The notes beneath the pieces are model-generated. The model made no database searches, had not been told where the DNA came from, and saw only the letters and a program-made list of their open reading frames with translations. The translations under genes were made by a program, and so were the position numbers. DNA of 32,041 nt, taken from the NCBI GenBank assembly GCA_000934665.2, contig JYFJ02004481.1, positions 1-32,041 of the forward strand, written 5' to 3'. The DNA comes from Catajapyx aquilonaris (taxonomy: Eukaryota). Shown here in pieces: positions 12,301 through 32,041 of this stretch. Every line of letters begins with the position of its first letter. The stretch's first letter is position 1.

Positions 12301-14000
12301 TCGCAATCTGGATCCGTTAATTAACTCGATTCAACTGGATCCGGATTGAAAAATTTTGTGCAAAAAAGTTAAAACAAAAATTTTTGTTCCTTTTATTTTA
12401 TCACACTCAGTCAGTATTGATCCAGACATATACCGGTATATGTTTTGTTGTATAGCCTATAGTCCAAATGGTGCCAAGGGTTTTATAGACACGTCACTAG
12501 ACCTGCTGTTAAGCCACAGGAAGGCCGATTAGAGATAAAGAGTAATCCTTCGAAATGAGAGAAAAAAATTGTAGCCTCGCATCCACTGTTGCACAATTTT
12601 TATGAGAAAATGGTCAGGTGACATTACTTATTTGCAGATTTTTTTTGTGTGTGACGTACTGCAAATTTTTTTTAAAGGGCTGTGCACGTGGTAATTTGCA
12701 TACATATGGAGGAGGTCGCTAGCTGGATCAATAGTCGGGCCTTTTTTTTTACAAAAAAGTTCAGACAATAGCAATAAAAACGGAAGCACTTTAGTATCCG
12801 GAGAGCTCTTTTTTGTAGTGTTGCTGTCACTGTAACAAAGCCTAGCCTTTTTGGAGAGAGAAAAAAGTGCAAGGTACACAATGAATACAATACCGCAGAA
12901 AAAATAATGTGTTGGATGCAGGTTGTACTAACTCAAATTAAAGTGAAAATCTCTGATTATATGTAGTAATTGTACGCTGTGAACAGTCGGAAATTATCCC
13001 TTAATTTGCCTACAACCGGCCACATAATTAAAACTGCAATTTGATCTTAATTGTCACTTAAAGGCGAATTCTACCATATTGTCCAATACGTCGTGCAATT
13101 TTTTGTAGTTATTAAAAAATCGTTTGTAAAAAGTGCACGATTTATTAGCACGCAATAAATACTGTAGTTTCGAGTTATTTATATGCACTGCCTGACTTTC
13201 AAGTTCGCCTTAATTAAAAATGCTATGAACCTGCTACTATTAATTATTGTTGTGTTGACCACTCACGGCCAGCTGTACATATACTGTAATATGACGTAAA
13301 TTATTAAGTATTATTACAAGAATTTGTAGGCTATATATAATTTATTAGCACACAATAAATACACTGCAGTTTCGAGTTATTTTCCTGGGTTTCAAGTTCA
13401 CCTTCAACCTATATTTAAAATGTAATGAACCTGCTACAATTAATAATTGTTGGATTGACCACGCACTCGTCACAGCCGGCTGTACATATGACGTAAATTA
13501 TTAATTAGAATTACTTGCGCAATCCAGCCTTAGGTATACAACCCGATGTACATTGCACAAGTGCGTAATTTATTGTACACACCTCGGTACACTAAAGAAT
13601 TAATGTACGTGCATCAGCAAGTAATGATACCGAATTTTCAGTGTATCTATATATCGCTCAAAAAGGTGGAGACGATTTTGCATTGAAGCCAAATGCAAGT
13701 GTCGCCATCATTTTGAGCTATATAGGTACATGTCGTACCTGCCCTTGTACGTAGGCCTGTATCAGCTGAAACGGTGCAATAATACCGAATTATCCGTGTA
13801 CTTGACATGTACATTATTTTTACAAGTTACGTAACCCAATCTTGACAGATGGTACTGCTGTACCCCCCATAAGAAGACACGTGCTGGGTACGTACCGCCT
13901 GACACGTCGGCGCCTGGTCCCCACCTCCGTACACCATGCACTGCACCAGGACCAGCACCGCGACGACCCTCATCGTGGTCACAACCGTCGTACCACTCAT
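1205..14000 (-). CDS. ELAPOR: Endosome/lysosome-associated apoptosis and autophagy regulator family protein (ELAPOR1/2, KIAA1324/EIG121-like, UPF0577), 12 coding exons, about 1016 aa
   Basis: Exons in transcript order: 14000-13896, 9233-9110, 7416-7215, 6761-6614, 5689-5261, 4277-3777, 3711-3194, 2657-2516, 2257-2055, 1999-1672, 1616-1326, 1264-1205. All introns are GT-AG, phases join without frameshift, total 3051 nt. The protein has a signal peptide (MRVVAVLVLVQCMVYG), DFHYEFTECD..GGRWRVSVP, Cys-rich repeats (GVAYASSCTPCRPGTY, CPPCNPG), TQLMYKWAEP, an MRH-like region (CPDATCDGCNFHFLWES..ACP), a TM helix (VMIAVSVAIAGLLCGLLLCFW) and the tail LEYKYMKLV...ELPPAESCALQEGE. These match the KIAA1324 family as I remember it. 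Start is ATG 14000 or the in-frame ATG 13973. Confidence 0.93.
2684..2716 (+). repeat. (ATTTT)n microsatellite
   Basis: Visible pentanucleotide tract in ELAPOR intron 7. Confidence 0.85.
4364..4813 (+). repeat. Interstitial telomere-like satellite: (TTAGG)n mixed with TTAGTACGAGG, with a 50-bp higher-order unit
   Basis: Directly visible. The 50-bp unit GTACGAGGTTAGGTTAGGTTAGTACGAGGTTAGTAGGCCCTACGAGTTCA starts at 4461, 4511 and 4561. Lies in ELAPOR intron 5. Confidence 0.92.
5821..5921 (+). repeat. Dispersed repeat of about 100 bp, copy A
   Basis: Shares TGCACTTATTTCCAACGCTACG (22 bp identical, 5869-5890 and 6936-6957) and an ACAGTTC(G/A)CGCA start with the copy near 6879-6989. Fragments also at about 5206-5244 and 8820-8850. 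Confidence 0.65.
6303..6333 (+). repeat. (TC)n microsatellite
   Basis: Visible TCTCTC tract. Confidence 0.9.
6879..6989 (+). repeat. Dispersed repeat of about 100 bp, copy B
   Basis: Homologous to 5821-5921 as described for copy A. Confidence 0.65.
7441..7503. repeat. Perfect 20-bp inverted repeat with 23-nt loop
   Basis: GAGCCTCGGTCGCACGACCA (7441-7460) and TGGTCGTGCGACCGAGGCTC (7484-7503). Confidence 0.9.
9874..10275 (+). repeat. Degenerate tandem repeat, three copies of about 120-145 bp
   Basis: Recurring blocks ATGC(G/A)TCAAAAT, ACATTG, AAATTTCATGTA and TTTTGGCAACAG(T/C)TG; copies begin near 9874, 10022 and 10144. Confidence 0.8.
13141..13504 (+). repeat. Diverged tandem duplication, two copies of about 165 bp
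   Basis: 13141-13307 versus 13342-13504, both running TTTATTAGCAC.CAATAAATAC ... TTTCGAGTTATTT ... ATGAACCTGCTAC ... ATGACGTAAATTATTAA. Confidence 0.8.
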
Positions 14001-14005
14001 TCCAT
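13997..14005 (-). promoter_or_regulatory. Minimal uORF (ATG GAA TGA) overlapping the first in-frame ELAPOR ATG
   Basis: The minus strand reads GCC ATG GAA TGA GTG. The uATG has a GCCATGG context and its stop overlaps the ATG at 14000. Confidence 0.45.
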
Positions 14006-14255
14006 GGCCTGCAGCAGCAACTTCCTTCGTCTGATGAAGCCTCCTCTCAACTGCCTCTGGTGACCATCGCGGTGTCTCTTTTTGGTCGTGCTTATCACCC
14101 AGACTCTCTCTCTCTCTGCAACCCCCTCCCCCAGCACCAACCAACCAGCCAACTCTCCAACCCTCCCTAAAAGTATAGGTCTTGATATCGACCAGGTCGA
14201 CGTCAGATCAAAGCTGAGCATGCGGAGAAGCGGGAACACCTTTTTGGAGGGTTCA

Positions 14256-14289
14256 TATAAACAGGGTGTGGGGGGGTTGTCCTAGTAAC
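14256..14289 (+). promoter_or_regulatory. RFX X-box (GTTGTCCTAGTAAC, 14276-14289) with adjacent forkhead/TATA-like site (TATAAACA, 14256-14263) in the ELAPOR/CFAP276 divergent promoter
   Basis: 14-bp imperfect palindrome fitting GTTNYY-NN-RRNAAC, about 150 bp upstream of the ATG of a ciliary gene. ATAAACA fits the forkhead core RYAAAYA. Confidence 0.6.
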
Positions 14290-14435
14290 CGCGGAGTACA
14301 TTTCTCAACAGAGAGGACTTGGAAAATTTGGAATAGATTTGCACGGGTTCAAAATTTAGGTGCTTTTTTTGTGTTCCCCCCCACCCCACACGGGAGGGTC
14401 AAAGGTCGTGAGGTGGCTGCGGGCCGAGGTCAAAC

Positions 14436-14789
14436 ATGCCGCTACTATGCCAGCACTCGATGATGGCCATGCAGGTGCTCGCCGACACCTTTTACGGCAC
14501 CAGGCCCAAACACAAGGTAAGGCCACCTGAAATTTACATTATTGTTACCAACAACAACAATATTAATGATAAAATATAATGTAATTAAAATTAAATGATA
14601 AATATATTAAATGCTACCATGCAAGTGCAGGTAGAATGGATTTTATCTAGCATATAATAAATCAGGTAGTTTGTTGGTATGTACCGTATGACATATTAAC
14701 TGAGGTAAGGTCACCTGAAATTGACATTGTCAACAATATTATTATTAATAAAATAAAAATAAAATAAAAATATTTGAATAACTAATTCA

Positions 14790-14852
<63 letters not shown>

Positions 14853-16036
14853 TTCTACCATGCAAGTGCAAGTTGAATGAATTTTATCTTGCATATAATT
14901 AATATATAAAGCAGAAGCTTTGTTGGTATGTATACCATATAATCATGGCTACAATTATTAATAAAATAAATAACTGAAATATGAAGTAAATAAATAAATA
15001 ATCTATTAAATATATAAACAATATATGAAAAAATACTATATTAATTAAATAAGTAATATATAACATAAATAAATAAAATTATATCATGCAAATGCTTCAT
15101 TATCTTACATATACTATAAAGCAGAAAGTTTGTTGGTATGTCGCAGCTACCTATCTCACTTTCTGGCTACTGAGGGTGATGAAACTTTTTAATAAAATAA
15201 AAATCCATTCAACCTGCATTTGTAGTGTATGTAGCCAGTACTCACAATGCAATTATTATGCATGTCAGGATTGGTCACAGTTCTGGCAGTGTTGCAGCAC
15301 TTACAAATTACTGTGCGATTGACATGGCCATTGCATTAATATGCGTACTTATCAGACATTGCAAATAGGCGTGTAATTTTAGCGAGGTGCTAAGCGCTGT
15401 TCAAAAAAATGGGACGGTACGTGCAGTGCTGGTGGAATAACCAGTGTGCATTTGAATGTCGAATGGCAATTATCTGATTTCATCCAACCACACTCCTCAT
15501 TGCAGTTTGTCAGAGCGAACCGACGCTGGAACAAGATTAAGGATGCGGAGAGGGCAAAGTTCAAGGCCCTGGCATGCAGGTGCCCTACCAACCCCTGGGA
15601 CAGACTGGACAACCACTGGACAGCATGCAGCGCACCAAAAACCGTCTTCTTCACCCAGCCTCGACCACACGACTACCTCGACTTTGCTCTCATGTCCAGC
15701 TACTCCCAGACTGAGGACCTCTTCGTCCCCAAGCAGCAGTTCTCCATCCAGCCAGTCACCCTTGGCCTGCCTCGAGAAGGGTTAGTCCAACATCCCGGTC
15801 CATCCTGTTGCTCTTTGTAACATGCTGTCTTTCCTTGTTACAGGATGATATGCAATAAGGAGCTCCCGAAGCCTCCGCCCATACCGGAACCGCCGTTCAG
15901 CCACCCAATGAGGCATGCTCCGCCGTGCCCCAAGAAGAGCCCCCACAGCATTAAGCTGGCCATCGAGTCCCACCACAGCTCCCTCACCAACAGGGGGTAC
16001 TCCAGGAAGCCTGACGGAGGGTTCTTCATCACATAA
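14436..16036 (+). CDS. CFAP276: CFAP276/C1orf194-like ciliary microtubule inner protein, 3 exons, 182 aa
   Basis: Exons 14436-14516 (ends AAG|gtaagg, phase 0), 15506-15780 (ttgcag|TTT ... GG|gttagt) and 15844-16036 (ttacag|G ATG ... TAA). Spliced motifs PWDRL...[20 protein letters not shown] and the C-terminus [34 protein letters not shown] parallel human C1orf194 as recalled (PWSRL...[48 protein letters not shown]). Exon 1 is the least certain part. Confidence 0.88.
14515..15141 (+). repeat. Tandem duplication of the 5' part of CFAP276 intron 1 (two copies plus a partial third) with an (AAT)n microsatellite at about 14793-14851
   Basis: AGGTAAGG(C/T)CACCTGAAATT at 14515 and 14703, CTACCATGCAAGTGCA in both copies, TTTGTTGGTATGT three times. 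Confidence 0.8.
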
Positions 16037-16131
16037 GAACCAAGAGGAGCCCTGGAAAATCCTCGTTAGCCCCCTTGATATCAAGGCATTACTGGAAAAG
16101 CACATCAAAATTCATTATCGTGATCACTGCC

Positions 16132-16137
16132 AATAAA
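16132..16137 (+). terminator. Probable polyadenylation signal of CFAP276
   Basis: AATAAA about 95 nt after the stop codon, followed by ATTAAA at 16143. Confidence 0.55.
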
Positions 16138-16331
16138 CACACATTAAATAGGCAAACCGGCTATGGATAATTTAATAAGACGGAAACAAGTTGCAAGCCA
16201 CAAGTACGGCAATCCAATCTTTCTTTCAGGGAAACATTTGGTCTTGGCGTAGGATTTTCAACGTACTTCCATTACACAATGTGTACATTACAGAATGATT
16301 CGGCTACACACAGAAGGTAGTGATCAGACAT

Positions 16332-16569
16332 TGCTATCCTTGTGAGGATTTTTTTCGCTTGTTTCCTATCCTTGTGAGGACCGAAAACCTTACGAGGACT
16401 TTTTCAGGCCCTCATAAGGTACACAGTCCTCACAAGGATGGCGGAAAATCAAACCAAGACCTCCTTTTTACTGTGAAAAAATAGGTCACCAAAATTTCGT
16501 GTGTATTTTGTAGGTTAGGTTAGGTTAGTTTTAAATTTTTATTTTTGCCAGACCCTCACAAGGATAGCA
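16332..16569. mobile_element. MITE-like non-autonomous DNA transposon with 16-bp perfect inverted repeats and internal TTAGG tract
   Basis: TGCTATCCTTGTGAGG (16332-16347) and CCTCACAAGGATAGCA (16554-16569). Further internal copies of the motif at about 16365 and 16427, three TTAGG-type units near 16511-16528, and a TG-rich right flank. Confidence 0.7.
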
Positions 16570-18114
16570 CTTTATAACATGCGTGTGTTTGTGTGTGTCA
16601 AGTCGCTAATTTCTAATATTCTAAAAATAATATAAATTCCTTCTATCTTAAAAGAATATTCATGTACAAATTATCATAGTGCTTCAGAAGTTCAATGACG
16701 ACCACACACTGCATTGTTCTGCAAACCAAGTTTAAATAAACACAGTTGTTTCCAAAAAATTTGCAAGTATATGTTCACCTTTTTATTATCATCACGAGTT
16801 ACAATGTCTGGAAAACAAAAATAATGCGAGGCTACGCAATGAAAATAAAAATTGGGGCACCTGCAACGTGTATACTTTTTTAATACGATGCTATATTTTA
16901 CACAATATAATGTTCTCATTGCCACATGGTTTGTCTTCGCAAACACAAACTGGAAAAAAAAAGAAGTTTTGCACAGCATTTCTTGTACACTAAAAGAAAA
17001 ATGTAATGCTGAAAGTCACTAGGAAGGCCAAGTTATTCTCTCTTCTTTTTTTTCCTGACAATCAAACATGCTATATTTGCATGGTTGACAAACAAAATAA
17101 TTAAAGGGTCCCGATACTTTTGTCATTATTTTCAGCAATAAATATTACGCCTTCTGTTGGTCACTTTTGGTTTTAAAAAGTGCACTGGGCCATTCAAGTG
17201 CGACTTAGTATTACAGTATTATCACTCTTGGGATGCAAAGGGTCGGGGAAGTAAAAACCAAAAAAAAAAAAAGTACAGAGCCTCATAGATGTATTGAAAT
17301 GACAAAAATATCGTCTGGAACACGTCAAATACTATTTTTTTTTTCAATTATCATATTCCCTGTCCCACACTCAAGTATTTATACAAACATAGAAAAAAGG
17401 TGCACTGTCACAAGGAGGAGGAGAAAAAGTGATAATAAACCAGAAAATAGAATCTGGAAGCCGTACATTCAAAGTCAGGTAAATTCTCTCCGCATAATTA
17501 TATATAAAAAAAGAAGAAAAAAACGCCAATGGAATGGCTCCTTTTCAAACCAACTTCTCAAGACTTTTACTAACTTATAATAAATTCAACAAATCACAAA
17601 AAAAACATGCCCACTTAAAAAATAGCTATTCCACAATAAAGATAACTTCTAGACTGGATCGACAAAAAAGAGGGAGGAAAAAAAGGGGGTGTGCACGTGT
17701 AATATATATATATATACTTTTTAAATCTTTAAAGCGGTTACATCCCATCCCTCTCTCCCTTTTTTTTATACTTTTCCTACTGCTACTAATAAGTGTGCTT
17801 ATAGTTTACAACACCTACACTTGTTTTTGTTTTTTTTTGCCACACATAAACCCAAGAAAGGTGGATGATGGATTAAAGATGGGGAAAGAAATGAAAAATC
17901 TTATATTATGCTTAATCGATAGAAAAAGAGAGAGATTGCTCTGAAATTCCACTTGCCGTAGTTTTTAAATATGTGATACAAAAAAAAAGCAGATGAGATC
18001 ACGTCTCTCTCTTTTTCGTTTCTTTTTGCTGCTCCATGATCGCGCGGGGGGGAAACTAAAAAGTGTATGATAAAAGAAAACAAACAAAATGCTCTGTATT
18101 CCAAATACTCAGCT

Positions 18115-30367
<12,253 letters not shown>

Positions 30368-30668
30368 TCAGGCTGGGACGTCTCTCCTCGTTAAATGTCC
30401 CCTTCTCCACCCACCACACGCACCGCACTGTGGGGTCCACTCCGAACAAAGCAAAGGGGGGGCCTGCCTCCGGTCCTAAACGGGTCACTGGTGGGACTTT
30501 GGCCACGGAGAAGACGGGAGGGTGTCACCAGCACACAGGGACACACAAAACACAGCCGACATTTTTGGTTGTTTTTTTTCGCTTTTTTTCTTTCTTTTCT
30601 TTTAAATGGGGGGTGAGGGGGGTAGGTGGGGGGCAAAGTGTAACAGGGGGGGGGGNGGGGGGGGGGAA

Positions 30669-30723
30669 TATCGATACAAAACAGCAGGTTAAACCGTATC
30701 GATGCGATGTGGACATATCGATA
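30669..30723. promoter_or_regulatory. Cluster of DRE (DREF-binding) elements upstream of KDM5
   Basis: TATCGATA at 30669-30676 and 30716-30723, TATCGATG at 30697-30704, about 500 bp upstream of the KDM5 ATG. Confidence 0.6.
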
Positions 30724-31104
30724 TATCGGGGGTGTTTATGAATCCGCTGGCGGCAATTTTATTAGCTGCTAATACAGTTTAAATGTGAACGTTATTGCCA
30801 CGTTATTTGAAGTAAACATGCGTGTTAAAAACCGTTTCTTTTTCTTTTTGTAACGGTATGCCCCTCCGGTTCTCCACTAGCAATGCACCCTTATTGTCCC
30901 TCTAAAAACTGCCCCTCCAAATCACTTTACAACTACTGTCCTCCATAAAATCCCTCGTCCCTTTCCAACAAAGCACTCCAAACACTACACCTTTCCCTAC
31001 AAGCACCATTTGCACAAAAGGTGACAACCCCTCCATTTCCTGTCATTCCTTTTCTCTTGACCTTGCACACAAGACGACGTCTTTGACCAGTCCTCTTCTC
31101 TGAC

Positions 31105-31400
31105 GTAACAACAACTAATAAGTATGACAGTAACTAATAATTGTAACAACAACTAATAAGTATGACAGTAACTAATAATTATAACAACAACTAATAAGTA
31201 TGACAGTAACTAATAATTGTAACAACAACTAATAAGTATGACAGCAACTAATAATTGCAACAATAACTAATAAGTATGACAGTAACTAATAAGTGTGACA
31301 GTAACTAATAAGTGTGACAGTAACTAATAAGTGTGACAGTAAATAATCAGTATGACAGTAACTAATAAGTATGACAGTAACTAATAATTGTAACAATAAC
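31105..31400 (+). repeat. Minisatellite with a 38-bp unit (two 19-bp subunits) that changes into 19-bp units
   Basis: GTAACAACAACTAATAAGTATGACAGTAACTAATAATT at 31105, 31143, 31181, 31219 and 31257, then CAGTAACTAATAAGTGTGA-type 19-mers. Confidence 0.9.
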
Positions 31401-31850
31401 TATTAATTTACAGTAAAAGTTAATTATGACAATATCTGTTAATTCTACCAATAATTAATATCAAACCAATAACTATTAATGGTAACAATAGCTTTCAATA
31501 TTTTTATTTTATTTTTTATATAGCGTGATAGCCCTTATGGGTTTGGGGGGGGGAGGGATTATTAATATAGTGTAACAGTATCTATAAATTGTAACAATAA
31601 CGATTAATTCTACCCATGACTATTAATTACAACAGTAACTATTAATGCTACTAACTACTATTATACCAATAACTTAGTTATAACAATAACTATAATAATT
31701 ACACCACGAAATTATTTTAACAATACGGTAACTACTGTACATTACAATAACTATTACAGTACTTCCTACAAGAACCATTAACTTTACCAAGTCTAATAAT
31801 TATGTCAATAGCCATTAATTCTACCAATAACTAACACTAAACCAATAACT

Positions 31851-31962
31851 ATATTGTAACAGTAGCTATCAATATAATAATATATTGTAACAGTAGCTAT
31901 CAATATAATAATATATTGTAACAGTAGCTATCAATAGAATAATATATAGTAACAGTAGCTAT
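31851..31962 (+). repeat. 31-bp minisatellite, about 3.5 copies, within an AT-rich degenerate satellite region
   Basis: ATATTGTAACAGTAGCTATCAATATAATAAT repeated in tandem. Confidence 0.85.
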
Positions 31963-32041
31963 TAATTACAATAACTATTAATTATTACAACTACTGTTCA
32001 TTATTTAAAATAATGAATTACATTATTTAATCAAACGAATA

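Noticed and set aside
10500..12900. AT-rich intronic stretch that looks like decayed DNA-transposon sequence
   Set aside because: I could not identify termini, a target-site duplication or a transposase frame by eye.
15446..15820. HMG-box/Maelstrom-like look of [16 protein letters not shown] and TEDLFVP
   Set aside because: The spliced product matches C1orf194/CFAP276 motifs colinearly through to the C-terminus and is far too short for Maelstrom.
17233..17944. ORFs of 115 and 136 aa on the plus strand
   Set aside because: Low-complexity translations of A/T runs, antisense to the probable KDM5 3' UTR.
31105..31400. Regularly spaced repeats resembling a CRISPR array
   Set aside because: Units are contiguous with no unique spacers, the context is eukaryotic and there are no cas genes.

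Overview
Eukaryotic genomic DNA, very probably from an arthropod (TTAGG repeats, DRE promoter motifs, compact spliceosomal introns). I assembled three intact multi-exon genes by hand from splice sites and reading-frame phase. (1) ELAPOR1/2 (KIAA1324/UPF0577-like) type I membrane protein, minus strand, 12 exons, 14000..1205, about 1016 aa. (2) A small plus-strand gene that the ORF track shows only in pieces, 3 exons, 14436..16036, 182 aa; it resembles CFAP276/C1orf194, a ciliary microtubule inner protein. (3) The H3K4 demethylase KDM5/lid, minus strand, 20 exons, 30190..18115, about 1712 aa. The best observation is that CFAP276 and ELAPOR lie head-to-head with start codons about 435 bp apart, and the spacer carries an RFX X-box next to a forkhead site. 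As I recall it, human C1orf194 and KIAA1324 have the same arrangement at 1p13.3, which would make this a very old conserved divergent pair. Other points: two GC-AG introns and a candidate poison exon in KDM5, a minimal uORF over the ELAPOR start, an intronic telomere-like TTAGG/11-mer satellite, several MITEs and minisatellites. Gene identities come from remembered family sequences, not database searches.
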